64,000 nucleotides of DNA, from positions 48,484,001 to 48,548,000 of the forward strand of contig OX597830.1 in assembly GCA_951406725.2 (NCBI GenBank), in the 5' to 3' direction. This DNA is from Octopus vulgaris. Lineage: Eukaryota. Positions within the stretch are counted from its first letter, which is position 1, and every line of letters begins with the position of its first letter. Made by a program: the position numbers and the translations under genes. This document shows positions 40,903-57,199 of this stretch, one piece after another. The notes below the pieces were generated by a model. The model made no database searches. It had not been told where the DNA came from and was given only the letters and a program-made list of their open reading frames with translations.

Positions 40903-41240
40903 GAAAAAAACCCACCTTTTATCAATTCAAAATGAACAATTAAATTACACCATCTAGAAAATTACATATAATAGAAAGATTAAATATGAGATAAAAAATA
41001 TTATACCGAAGATTAAGTAATGTGCAATATAATAAATAAAACGTATATATTTGGTAGAATAAAGACACGTGCCGTTATTCTACCAAATATATACGTTTTA
41101 TTTATTATATTGCACATTACTTAATCATCGGTATAATATTTTTTATCTTATATTTAATCTTTCTATTATATGTAATTTTCTAGGGGTGTAATTAAATTTT
41201 TCATTTTGAATTGATAAAAGGTGTTTTTTTCCTAATTTAT
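40899..41240. repeat. Foldback with ~165-bp arms between (TA)n arrays
   Basis: Arms meet at tagaataaagacacgtgccgttattcta. Confidence 0.92.
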
Positions 41241-41343
41241 ATATATATATTTTATTTTGTGAAATTTGATTTAGTATTTCTAAATTGAATTTTTCCCTGT
41301 AAGTTTGGAATAATATTCCCTCATATCATTATTATTATTATTA

Positions 41344-41474
<131 letters not shown>

Positions 41475-41621
41475 TACATATATATGTCTGTGTGTGTGTG
41501 TGCGTAGTTTCTATCCTTGGATAGGTCGCTTCAACCGCGTTTCTGACATGAATTTGCTACCCTGGTATCGGTTCATCGAATTTTTCATGTTGACGGTAAA
41601 CATAGGATAATTCATTCACCT

Positions 41622-41657
<36 letters not shown>

Positions 41658-41907
41658 AATGTAGGATAAAACATTTTTCGAAAAAAATTATTTTCCAAAA
41701 ATATTTTATCAATGGCCAGCATATTAAAAAAAATACGTTTAAAGGTTAAATTTATAAACAATTCATAGATAAAGGCAAACGAAAAAATTTCAAATACCAA
41801 ATATGCCGAAAAATTGGACATATTGTCCATTAACCATATAATTTTTTCACAATACGCACGCTACTCGAAAAAAGTTGGACAGAAATTTCTAAGATTCCAT
41901 TAGTACC

Positions 41908-41962
41908 ATATCGGACCGATTTCAGGGTTAGCTTATAACAGCCCTCCCTTCGTCAGTGATAC
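41908..41962 (-). ncRNA. Minimal type-I hammerhead ribozyme motif, canonical core
   Basis: gtatca-CTGACGA-AGGG...CCCT-GAAAT-CG-GTC-cgatat. Confidence 0.75.
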
Positions 41963-41975
41963 ATGTGGCAATGTA

Positions 41976-42120
<145 letters not shown>

Positions 42121-42203
42121 GGTGTAATTTAATTTTTCATTTTGAATTGATAAAAGGTGGGGTTTTTTTCTAATTTATATATATACGTTTGCCCTTATCT
42201 ATG

Positions 42204-42244
<41 letters not shown>

Positions 42245-42373
42245 TGTAAACATTTAAACAAACAAATAGTCCTTTATTAGAAGTGTCGAAATGTATTATA
42301 CGATATCATCTACTTATTTGTTCATATATACATATATATATGTGTGTGTGTATCTATGTATGCATGTATATAC

Positions 42374-42459
<86 letters not shown>

Positions 42460-42463
<4 letters not shown>

Positions 42464-42780
42464 GGGTTCAGTCCTACTGCTTGGGACATAAGCCTCAAGC
42501 CGACTAAAGCCTTAGGCGTGGATTTGGTAGGGGAAACTGAAATAAGCTTGTCGTGTGTGAGTGTGTGTGTATGTGTGTATTTGTGTGACTGAGTTTGTAA
42601 CCCCGCCCGCCAACATTGCTTGCCAACCAATGTTGGTGTGTTTATGTCCCAATAAGAGACCGATTGAATAATTGCTAGGCTTACAAAGAATAAATCTTGG
42701 GGTCGAATTTTTCGACTAAAAGCAGTGCTCCAGCATAGCCGCAGTCAAATGACTGAAACAAGTAAAACAATAAACGAATA
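42460..42780 (+). mobile_element. Family C SINE (5' truncated)
   Basis: ggatttggtagggga..gtgctccagcatagccgcagtcaaatgactgaaacaagtaaa. Confidence 0.75.
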
Positions 42781-42794
42781 AATGTGTGTGTATT

Positions 42795-42922
<128 letters not shown>

Positions 42923-42987
42923 GACAGTGATTGATATATTCATATATATATATATATATATATTGAGAGACAGTGATTGATAGATTC

Positions 42988-43060
<73 letters not shown>

Positions 43061-43089
43061 GAGATAGATAGATAGATATATAGATAGAT

Positions 43090-43173
<84 letters not shown>

Positions 43174-44337
43174 GTTCATACACGCATGTAATTAACGATG
43201 CCAAAATTTATTGCAAAGCATTTAAATGTTATTTTGTCCGAACAAGAGCCACGACTTAAGTAAAAAGATGAGAACAGTCATGGTTAATATTCCTAGTTTC
43301 GAAACTGTAAATAAATATATATATATATAACTAGTTACATCCAGAGTGACACATATACATACATGACATACGTATATATATATATATATAAATATATATA
43401 TGCACATACATACAAACACATACACACACAAACACACACACACACACATACACACACACACATACATATACACATACACACATATTTACATATATACATA
43501 TATACATATACATATAAATGCATATGTATGTATGTATATATAAACATATGTGCATATGCATATATACATGTTGATACAAAGAGATATAAATATACATTGG
43601 TACACACACGAATATATATATATACATACATATATATGAATTATGCAATCTCTCATGTCGTTTTATAAATTAGTAATACATACGTCCATATGCGTATATA
43701 CATACACATACGCACGTATTCACATACATATTTTCATTTACACACATGTTTAGATAAGTATATATATATATATATATACATACATCCATGTATATATACA
43801 TATACATATATATATATGTATATATATATATAAATATATATATATGTATATGCATATATATATGTATATATATATATATGTCTATATATATGCGTGTGTG
43901 TGTGTGTACATCTTTATAGTTATTACACATGTTGTATAACAATGATTTTCAATATTGGTCCAGATGAAAATTCGGTGTCAGTATGAGGTCTCGTTAAAAT
44001 TTAGGCGCATTAAAATTGGTGATATACTTGTACACCAAACATTTTTAGTTGTTAATGAAATTCCCAATATCATTCTCAGTATAAAAATCCAGTGCACCTT
44101 TTATTCTTTATATATCGAAGGTCTGTGGAGGTCGAGTAGAGCAGAATAGGAAACGAACAGGGTATAATAGACAAGAAGAAAAAAAATGATTGAGAACCAG
44201 TGATGTATATACATCTATATACTTATATATATATATATATATATATGTAGGTCCCGGGTTGAGTCGGGGTAAACCACAGTAAATAAGGTACTCAATACGT
44301 AGCAGAGTAAAGTAATTTATATAGAAGCTCCTTCTAT

Positions 44338-44381
<44 letters not shown>

Positions 44382-44492
44382 TATATAATAATAATAATAA
44401 TATTAGGGAGTAAATCCAAACTTACAGGGAAAAATTAGATTTTTGATTAAATCTAATTTTACAGTATCTCTAAAATAATGTAAGATAATATA

Positions 44493-44551
<59 letters not shown>

Positions 44552-44742
44552 CATACATACACACACAGATAAATATTTATCTGTATATATATATAGATGT
44601 ATATGAATATATGTTTATATATAGATATAGATTAACACACACACACACACACACCCACACAGTCATATACATATGTAGATATATATATATATATATGTAT
44701 ATTTTATATATATATATAAGGTACGTATATATATGTTTATAC

Positions 44743-44779
<37 letters not shown>

Positions 44780-45175
44780 AATTATATATATTTGTTATAC
44801 ACAATATATATGTATATATATGTGAAGAAGAATAGATATGGATATATGTGTATATATGCGTGTGAATGTGTGTATGTATGAGTGTTAATGTGTATAACAA
44901 TGTAAATAAAGACTGATATATAAATTCTGTTTATGTACATATACATTAGAATAATTTTACAAATATCTTATATTGGATATCTATATATACATATAAACTG
45001 ATATATACATTATAGAAAATTCTTTTTATAAATACATATATCTATAAAAAGATACATACATGTGTACATATGCACACACACAGACACGCACATACATGTA
45101 TATATATATATATAGAAAGAGATCAGAAAAGTATATAGACATCCCTTTTTTTATATGTATACGTATATATATATG

Positions 45176-45253
<78 letters not shown>

Positions 45254-45377
45254 TGTGTATATGTATATGTATATGTAAATGCATTAATATATATATATAT
45301 GTATATATGTGCGTCTATGTATATCCATATATATTCACGCGCACCCATATATTTTGTATAGACCTGTATGTATTTAT

Positions 45378-45416
<39 letters not shown>

Positions 45417-45630
45417 TGATTGATATATTAGACATGTATGTGTCTGTATATATATATATATGTTTATATACATATTTATATACATATATATACATATATA
45501 TGCATACATACATATATATATATGTATATATATCATATGTAAATAAATATATATATATATATATATCGATTGATTGATATATTAGACATGTATGTGTCTG
45601 TATATATATATGTTTATATACATATTTATA

Positions 45631-45672
<42 letters not shown>

Positions 45673-45779
45673 TACATATATATATATATGTATATATAGC
45701 ATATGTAAATATGTATATATATATATATATATATATATGGATGCATATTTATATATATGTATATATATATATGTATATG

Positions 45780-45810
<31 letters not shown>

Positions 45811-45830
45811 GTATATACATACATATACGT

Positions 45831-45884
<54 letters not shown>

Positions 45885-45965
45885 GGCAGCTAACACCATT
45901 TATGTATATCCATTTGTTAAACACTACTGATCTCCATCATTGTTGTGGTGTAGATATTTTATTTT

Positions 45966-46004
<39 letters not shown>

Positions 46005-46481
46005 TCTACAAGTTTAGACGAACATTTCTATGCCCCTTATGAATTCACCCCATTATTTTCGCGCATACTATGTGTGTACGTGTAACTATAAAATATATCG
46101 TATATGTTTTATAGTATACATGTTAGAATTTATGCATATGTATTATACCTCCATAAATGCATACATACTTGTTAGTATACTCCTGTGAGTATTTGTAATT
46201 ATAGTAATTTAAGAAATCTATCACTACCACGCCTTTTGACTTTGATGTTAAATAGAGTATTCTTTAGAATGATGTGACTGAGCTGAAAGTTATATTTGAA
46301 ATGTATTTATGTATGTATGGATGGATGGATTGATGGATGTATGTGTGTATGTATGTATATATCTATCTGTCTGTCTGTCTGTCTGTCTCTGCCTTTATAA
46401 CTATCTATCCGTCTATCTGCCTGTCTTTGTGTCTACCTGTCTTTTTGTCTATCTATCTATCTATCTATCTATCTATCAATC

Positions 46482-46560
<79 letters not shown>

Positions 46561-46563
46561 GTA

Positions 46564-46640
<77 letters not shown>

Positions 46641-46829
46641 AAGAAAGATAGATTACTGTCTATTCATTCACCCCTCTCCCCACCTCTTTGTTCTCTGTTT
46701 CACGTGAAATATGGTAAAAGAATATCACTACGGTTTATCTTATTATATTGTGATATTCAAATCTACATAAGGATTATGTTTCCTTAATTTTACGCGTGAG
46801 TCCACAGGCACAGTATTATAATAGGAATA

Positions 46830-47250
46830 CATCCAGGTCGATAAAGATAAAGTACCAACTAAGTACTAGGGACAAAATCATTGACAAATATCTTCCAGTC
46901 AAAACAACTGGCCTTGTGCCTATATTAGAAGCCACTGAGTTGGCAGAGTCGTTAGCACGCCGGACAAAAAATGTTTAGCAGCATTTCGTATGTCTTTACG
47001 TTCTGTGTTCAAATACCCCCAAAGTCAACTTCGTCTTTCTTCCGTCAGCGTCGATAAAATAAGTACCAGTTGGGGACAGGAGCAGATGTAGTCCACTAGT
47101 GCCTTCACCAAATTTCAGAACTTGCGCCTTTCATCATTTCGAGGTCGATAAAATGAGTATCATTCAAGCACCGTAATCAATCAAGCACTGCGATCGATGT
47201 AATAGATAAGTCGCCACAAATTTCAGGTCTTGTGCCTATATTAGAAACGG
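46830..47250 (+). mobile_element. Cluster of family B SINE fragments
   Basis: Three gtcgataaaat(a/g)agta cores in tandem. Confidence 0.7.
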
Positions 47251-47307
47251 TTAATATCATCATCATCATCATTATTATTATTATCATCAATATTATTATT
47301 ATTTTTA

Positions 47308-47380
<73 letters not shown>

Positions 47381-47381
<1 letters not shown>

Positions 47382-47781
47382 GAGTGAGAGAGCAGTTCAT
47401 GCCATCAAAGTGACACTGGGGTAAAATATACGAAGCCCAATATACCCATCATGACTACCCGTCTGATAAGGGTACACCAGGCACATGCATCACAAACATA
47501 TGTGCGCGACATGGTGATCTCATATCAAGATAAACAGCACATGACCTTGCAGGTGGGGCCCAGTTAGAATTTTCTTCAGGTTGAGTAGCCCATCCCGCTC
47601 AAAAGGTCCCTGAATAAGGGTTGATTAAGGATGTTGAAAGAACCACCCATGTTTCCAGAGGTGAATTATTCAAAGCCCAAAGAATCCCTCTCAACACATG
47701 GCTATGATGCTCCCCCACTACTTCTGCTCGTGATAAGAGATGCACATATCGTCAGCCACTAAGGGACATGCTCAACTGGTT
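47381..47781 (-). mobile_element. (TAA)n-embedded element, partial inverted copy
   Basis: Reverse complement of 49041-49441; (ATT)n on both sides. Confidence 0.9.
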
Positions 47782-47786
47782 TATTA

Positions 47787-47850
<64 letters not shown>

Positions 47851-47852
47851 CC

Positions 47853-47921
<69 letters not shown>

Positions 47922-48131
47922 CATCATTATCATCATCATCATCATTACATTTTATATATTTAAGTGCAAGTATAGATGTGTGTGTATATCAGGATGAGTG
48001 TGTGAGAGAATCCAAAAAGCATACGCGTGCACACATACACGGACACGCAAACACACACACACATACACAAACGCACACACATATGTACACATATGTTTGT
48101 GTGCATAATAATTTATATTTATGTATGTGTG

Positions 48132-48176
<45 letters not shown>

Positions 48177-48567
48177 GCACACATGCATATATACACTTAT
48201 ACATGTATATACATGCATATATAAGCGTATATATATATGCATGTTCCTATGAATGTATTTATGTATGTGCTGCTTATGTATGCATAAATATATGCATATG
48301 TTTCTCTCTCTGTATATATATATATATGTGTGTGTATATATATATAAATCTTTGTGAGTATATATGTATGTATGTTTATACATAGACACACATAATGCAT
48401 GAGGTACTGTCTGTATAATTCCCTTTATTTTTTAAAGAATGTTTGATTGAGAATCTTTGACCATCTTTTGATTTCACACATAATCGGAAAGGAATTAGTT
48501 ACAGCGCATTTTCATATAAAATACAGAAGTTTAGCAAAATTATTATGTTTTGTATTAAAATTACGTT

Positions 48568-48632
<65 letters not shown>

Positions 48633-48675
48633 TTCTGTTTTCCAATGTTATAATAATAATATTATAATAATTATA

Positions 48676-48756
<81 letters not shown>

Positions 48757-48768
48757 CATCATCATCAT

Positions 48769-49469
<701 letters not shown>

Positions 49470-49472
<3 letters not shown>

Positions 49473-49977
49473 TGCCAGACATCATATTGAAAGACTTCAG
49501 ACAAAGAACATGCCTCCTCATTGATATGACTGTCCCAATCGATATAAACGTATCTGTCAAGACCTGCCAAAAACTGAGCAAATATAAAGATCTTGAAATA
49601 GAAATCAGCAAAATGTGGAACCTGAAGACTAAAACAATACCTGTTGTCATAGGTGCCCTGGGAATGATAGCAAAAGGGGTTGATCGCTACCTAACTCAGA
49701 TACCAGGAAACCCCAAAATGGCAAAAGTTCAAAAGATAGTGCTCATGGGAACTGCTCATATCTTACGCAAAATACTTTCTATGTAATCTCAAGTTTTAAA
49801 ACAAACATAATTTTCGTACGGTTTTTTAGACATTCACTAGTACAACACTAAATACAAAACCAAATATATGGCACCCTAGGCATAACACCAGCATGAACTT
49901 CCAACTTGTTGTCTCTTGAGGTCTCTGGGTGAGACTTGGAGCCAACTTGTACAAATGTAAAGCAAAATTCAAACATC

Positions 49978-49981
<4 letters not shown>
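49470..49981 (+). mobile_element. 5'-truncated R4/Dong element: restriction-like endonuclease C-terminus and 3' UTR
   Basis: PDIILKD..CLLIDMTVP..KLSKYKDL..IPVVIGALG..GTAHILRKIL; bounded by (TAA)n. Confidence 0.9.
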
Positions 49982-50009
<28 letters not shown>

Positions 50010-50484
50010 TATTCTTGCATTGCTTCTGTAGTTGATTTACGAAGTGTGCTTAGCGACAAATGATTTGCGCTGAGATCGTGCTTTGAAGCTAAAACGAAGA
50101 CATAGATTAACCAACCAAAAATATACTTATATATTTATTATTTGGCGTCAAAGAATTCGTCGCACCAACTGCGACCTGGTCACTGACATGATTCTACCAA
50201 ATAATAAACGTTTGATTGAAGTTAAAGCCTTTGTTTTTGAATAGTTAATATACGTCTTCCAGGCTGCAATCGCTTTGTAATTGATATTTAATAATTATGT
50301 ATTTACTATTCGGTTGTAGCAACAGTTCCAAATAAAATTTAGACAACAATGAGAGTAATTGAAAAGAAGTGTGATTTGAAATGAGAGTGTCGCCAATAAT
50401 GAAAGTTTACCATCTTTGGAAATATTTGCTTTTCCAAGGGACTTTCTCAAAACATGGCTTTGTTGTCATACATTGATATTCTGT

Positions 50485-50786
50485 TTGTTCCTTCTCGAGC
50501 CATGCCTGACTCATAAGGGCCGGTTTCCCGGTTTCCTTGGCGTATAGGTTCCCCGCCTGAACGGGACGCCGGTCCGTCGCAGGCGAGCTGCAAGTTGCAG
50601 GAGGAAAGAGTGAGAGAAAGTCTTGGCGAAAGAGTCAGCAGAAGTTCGCCATTACCTTCTGCCAGAGCCACGTGTAGCTTAGGTGTTTTCACTCGTAAAC
50701 ACACACATCGCCCGGTCTGAGATTCGAACCCGCGATCCCTCGACCGCGAGTCCGCTGCTCTAACCACTAGGCCATGTGCCTCCACT
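50485..50786 (-). mobile_element. Family A head SINE with alternative tail, 12-bp TSD
   Basis: TSD ttgatattctgt at 50473-50484 and 50787-50798. Confidence 0.88.
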
Positions 50787-51299
50787 TTGATATTCTGTCG
50801 GAGAAGCTATAACATATCCGGGGCCATGTTCTAATTGCACTTTCACAAATTTTTATTTCGGAGCCTATTTTAGTATATGTATGTGTATGTGTACTTTCTG
50901 TTATGTGTTTGCATGCCTGTGTCTATGTCACTCTGTGTCTGAGCACATGTACATATGTGTGTTTGTGTGTGTAATTTTGTGTATCCGTTTGTGTGTGTGT
51001 GAGTGTGTGTGTGTGTGTGTGTGTATGTGTGTGTGTATGTGTGTGTGTGTGTGTGTAGTGAGAAAGAGCGAAAGAGTAAAGAAATAAAAGAATGTTGCAC
51101 TCAGCATTCTTGAGTATTGTGGACTCAGGTCCACAATACTCAGTATCCTAGGTGTAGGGCTCGTCTTTCTTATCAGATTTTCGGATACGGATTCGAGGGA
51201 AGTTAAAGAAATGTAAAATCGCTTCTAAACATTTAAGCCTCCATTGGTCACTTCAAGTCATATTGTTGATTTTGATATCATAGTGACATCAGTTACTTT

Positions 51300-51600
51300 G
51301 TTGTTAGGTCGACGTTTTGCAGACAGGATATTGGAGCGCTTTATCGGAATTTTATACTCTCTTTTTATGAAGGGGTGAGCAAAGTCCCGAGTGGTATATC
51401 TAAGTTTTCAGCACTCAAAGGTTTGGCGTTCATTAACAAAGTGTAATTCTGGTAGCAATAAGATAGGTAACTTTTTTTGCGGTATACATAGGGTTGGGGA
51501 AGTGTGTGCAGTTTCTCACAGGAGTAGAAGTAACAACTGCGAGCTCCAGGTGAGTAAAGAAAGGCATAATCAAAGATGCACCATGATATTGGGGTAAGTC
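51300..51600 (-). pseudogene. Penelope-like GIY-YIG C-terminus and 3' region
   Basis: WCIFDYAFLYSPGARSCYFYSCEKLHTL..YRKKSYLSYCY; homologous to 52680-52765. Confidence 0.6.
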
Positions 51601-51941
51601 GTTTCAATGGTGACGGAGTCCTGTGTCACAATGGTTCTTATTTGATAAGCAAGAAAGGTGACCCGCCGTTCTACCTATTCATGGGAAGCTACGGCGCGGC
51701 TGACATCCCTAATCACATCCTGTTATTTAACCTAGATTCTCTACACAGTTTGGAATGATGGTTTCGCCATCACAACCCAGGCCCTGTATAATTTCAGTAA
51801 GAACCTTTTAAACATCTTTAAAAAAAAACAGCCTAACTGTAAACAACATACGTCCTGTATGTAACCCTAGAACTCGAGACGGGCCACTATTAAACTTACC
51901 GGTAAAGGGTATCACTAGCAGAAAGCCCAACGAAAGAATTC

Positions 51942-52035
<94 letters not shown>

Positions 52036-52040
<5 letters not shown>

Positions 52041-52765
52041 TTCAACAATTCTTAACTGCTATCAGAAACGTAGTCACAGGCATCAGTAGAAGGTTTTCAC
52101 AACTACTATAGGACAAAGAGATCTTCAACAGGTCCGCACAAAATAAAACTTTAGTAAAGAGTGACTTTACCGATGAGTTAGTGTCCACGGAGGATAACTC
52201 ACCCTACCCACAAAACTGAAGAATGTTAGAAAGATAAAGTAATCTGGTTTAATTCTCCATGCGATCTACCCATTTTCTTTAATATAGCTTGAAACTTCAT
52301 GATGCTAATTAAAAAAGCTTTTCTCAAGAACACATTGATATCATAAACTCTTTAATTTCCATAGTATCAAGGTTAGTTCAACAGCTGTAAGCACGCACCA
52401 ACACGCTTTCCATCCCACACTATACTCTGTAACTGTCGAAATTTTATCAGCTGCCCACTGGGAGGACCTTGTCTCTCAAAGTTTGTGATCTATTGAGCTA
52501 CTCTCACATCATGTGATTCCATCACAATAAAATACTTGGGTATGAAAGTTAACGACTCTAATGTAATATACATACTATACTTTTTCATGGGTATGGATAG
52601 AGAAAATTCTCTCTATATGTTGTGTTTCATCTGAAAATAGTGGAATATTCTAAATGACGTCCTTAACATCAAATGTGTTGTGTTTGACAGAGCCTTTATT
52701 TACTCACCTGAAGCTCGCATTTACCAACTCTACCTTCAGGAGAAAATGCACCTACTCTACAACTG
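52036..52765 (+). pseudogene. Penelope-like element fragment (linker, Cys motif, GIY-YIG)
   Basis: ISRRFS..KVIWFNSP..HKLFN..CNCRNFISCPLGGPCLSKFVIY..KYLG..YSPEAR..EK. Confidence 0.78.
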
Positions 52766-52928
52766 TTATAAAATAAGTATGTTTGTATACACACGCACAC
52801 ACACACACACATGCACACACACAAAGACACATATGTATGTTTCTGTACTTATGTACTTATGTATATTACTATATATATAGGCGGTGCTCCAGCATGGCCG
52901 CAGTCAAAATGACTGAAACAAGTAAATG

Positions 52929-52976
<48 letters not shown>

Positions 52977-53453
52977 TATCCGTAAGGATATATAAACATA
53001 CATTTTTATATATATTTATAATTCTTTAACAAGTGTATTATTCAAAGTGACTTCGAAATATTGGCCAGATTGATTTAATGCATCAGAACCCGGTGACAGA
53101 AACTTCGAAATCACTTTTAATACTATTCATATTAAAAAATAATAAATAATACTATTCATGTTAAAAAATAATAAATAAAGAAGATTAATATAAAATTCTT
53201 TTTATTTATTACAACTGACCATAAAGATAAACATTAGTACATTTAAATTTACTTGTTGTATACGTGATAGACCTCGCTAACAGAATGTCCGCTCAATTGA
53301 TTGATTAACCAATTATAAACGATTAGTTCCATTATGCATGCAAACTATTTTACATAGAGTTGAATCAGTTCCTCAAGACAAAGACTTATGTAAGAATATC
53401 ATTCCTCATTCTGTCTCTGATTGCTCTCTCTCTCTCTCTTTCTTTCTCTCTCA

Positions 53454-53545
<92 letters not shown>

Positions 53546-53759
53546 ATATATATACATACATACATACATACATACATACATACATGCATGCATGCATACA
53601 TACACACACACATACATACATACATACATACATACATACATACATACATGCATGCATGCATGCATGCATACATACATACATACATACATACATACATACA
53701 TACATACATACATACATACATACATACATACATACATACATACTCGGTCATTTTTAACT

Positions 53760-53935
53760 GCAGCTATGCTGAGGCACCGCCTTGAAGAATCTTAGACGAA
53801 CGAATCGGACCCAAGTACTTCATTTTTAAGCCTCGTATTCATTCTATCGTTCTTCTTTGCCGAAACGCTAAGTTAGGGGGACGTAAACATACTACACCGG
53901 TTGTCAAGTGGTGGTGGGTGACAAACGCAGACACA
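53760..53935 (-). mobile_element. Family C SINE tail
   Basis: Reverse match to 42600-42780. Confidence 0.65.
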
Positions 53936-53960
53936 CACATGTATGTATCTAGTATGTATC

Positions 53961-54031
<71 letters not shown>

Positions 54032-54105
54032 TAATAAAATATTAGGGAATAAATCCAAACTTACAGGGAAAAATCAGATTTAGGATTGAATCCAATTTTA
54101 TAGTA

Positions 54106-54372
54106 AAATATTATATTATATTAAATTAGAGATAAAACCACTATTAGGCAAATCAAACAATGAAAAACTTAAGCCAATACATAAAATTAATTAATTTATA
54201 TTATTTTAAATATATATCAAAAGTATTAAAAGATTAATCATTATCTTTTATTAATCTTTTAATACTTTTGATATATATTTAAAATAATATAAATTAATTA
54301 ATTTTATGTATTGGCTTACGTTTTTCATTGTTTGATTTGCCTAATAGTGGTTTTATCTCTAATTTAATATAA
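54106..54372. repeat. Foldback with ~125-bp arms between (TA)n arrays
   Basis: aattagagataaaaccactattaggc... and ...gcctaatagtggttttatctctaatt. Confidence 0.92.
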
Positions 54373-54377
54373 TATAT

Positions 54378-54871
<494 letters not shown>

Positions 54872-56668
54872 CAAACGCCTCCCCCCGTCCATTAGACGGT
54901 GTAAGTTCGTGATAGGACTGGAGTCTAAAATAGTGTAATTTCGCTTCTGTTTGTGATGCTCTGGCGGTTGAAGTAGAGGCAGCCACTCCGAGCATGCCGA
55001 AACGCGCATTGTTCTTCTGACTCGCTTACCCGCAAGGAACGCAAAGCGGAAGCATTTGTATGTTTTTTTTTTTCTGCCAATGTGGCTCTTGCTTTTTCAA
55101 GGCATCCTATCGAAAATCTGTAATTGAATGAATCTTTAAAAAAATCAATTAAATTTACCTTGTTGCTGTTTGCAAACACTAAATATGGTATTTCCCACAA
55201 AAAAATTCTCACAACGCTAAAGCGCACAATTATTTGCAATGGTTATTCTAAGCACCGAATGGCACCAAATGGATGCGGACCATTGTGAATGAGCATTCAC
55301 TTCTATAAGCAGACGTGGACAGAACGTATTTCGATAAAATCGATATTCCATCGACCAAAAGTGCAATTGTGATAAAATGTAAACGATCGATGCAAACACC
55401 AGTGCACTGACAGGTAGCAGAAGGTAAAGAGTATTTCTAAGAAATATCACACGTAAGTGCGAAATTTAAATAAAAAGAATGTGCAAGTCGAAACAGTTTC
55501 TATGACTTCCCTGAAAATGAAAGACAGCCAAAACCGGGCTTCGTTTGGGAAAAAAAGATGTTAGCATTAAAATTACCCTATTAGGAAGAAATGAAAATTA
55601 TTTATAAATAAAGTTATTTAAGTCTACATAACCGGAAAACTTCAAATGGGATATAGGGTTCGGCAATATGTAATGTTGACCGATAAAGTAGCAAACCTTG
55701 TGGATGAATAAGCTACCACAACTGACCGAATAGTGCTTTTTTTTAGAATGTAACCGAAGAATTTGATCTGTAAAATTAATAAAAAGGATAAGAACTTGCC
55801 AAAATATCGTTCAATTATGTTTACTGATAAAGAAATAACTCATAATTTGAAATGTTGATACTAATATTCCTTCTTCATGAAATGGAATTAAAGAATAAAC
55901 AATGGACATGTACGTGTCAAATCAAGTGAGTCACGCAAAAGTAAAAAAATACCGCTCATTTTTAGTTTTATATAAGAACTGTTAGCTAAAGTTTTTAGAT
56001 ATTTGTCACCCAAATTTCTACGTTCAATTAGCAATCAATTTGTCGTTTTCTACAGTCAATTGAATTTTGTTGTGAGAAAATATTCACACAGCTGATTGAT
56101 CGCCAATTAGTGCCATTTATTCGTTAAAGTTAATATTTTATTTCATTTTTATTTATTCAGAATAATTGCCTTATTTTCTTGCTCGTTTGTGTCAGCTTAT
56201 TTATTAAACACAGAATGACATGCCTGGATTCACGTGTTTGAGGACAGTTCATTTTAGAAAGATATCGATTTTTACTGCAATCACATACGTTCTTTCATGA
56301 AATTGCTTAGAAAGCTTAATGCAGTCAATGCTTTGATGCTGATTGGACGAACATAGCGGCTGTTCGTATGTGATTTGCAGAATGATGGCCAATAAGCGCT
56401 ATTGAAATCGGATTTTAAAAGGGCAAATCTCACTTTGAAACTAACGATTATGTTATGAATTTTAATTGATGCATCAACTGTGACGTCTTTTACCTATGTG
56501 TAAAATTTCAGCGAGATCAATTCAAAAATAGGCCGTTATAGTATTTTACACAGATACACACACACATACATGCATACATACATACATACATACATACATA
56601 CATACATACATACATACATGCATGCATGCATACATACATACATACATACATGCATACATACATACATG

Positions 56669-56710
<42 letters not shown>

Positions 56711-56795
56711 TACATACATACATACATACATACATACATACATGTATGCATGCATGCATACATACATACATACATACATACATACATACATACAT

Positions 56796-56834
<39 letters not shown>

Positions 56835-56852
56835 CATACATACATACATACA

Positions 56853-56924
<72 letters not shown>

Positions 56925-56929
56925 TGTGT

Positions 56930-57150
56930 GTGTGTTTGAGCAAAACACTTTATTTCACGTTGCTCCCCTCCACTCAGCTGGAAAAATGTGTAGTACCCGT
57001 ATTTCAGAAAGCCAGCCGTGTCACACTGAGCACTCCACAGACACGCATACCCTAAACATAGTTAATGGTATGCGTGCCTGTGGAGTGCTCAGCCACTTGT
57101 ACATTAATTTCGCGAGCTGGCTGTTCTATTGACAGGATCAACTGGAAACC
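56930..57150 (+). mobile_element. SINE fragment with internal inversion
   Basis: ctgagcactccacagacacgcatacc / ggtatgcgtgcctgtggagtgctcag hairpin at 57026-57093. Confidence 0.7.
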
Positions 57151-57199
57151 TTTTCAATTTAAGTAAGATTCCATCTCTGGAATGTAGATAAGAAAAACA

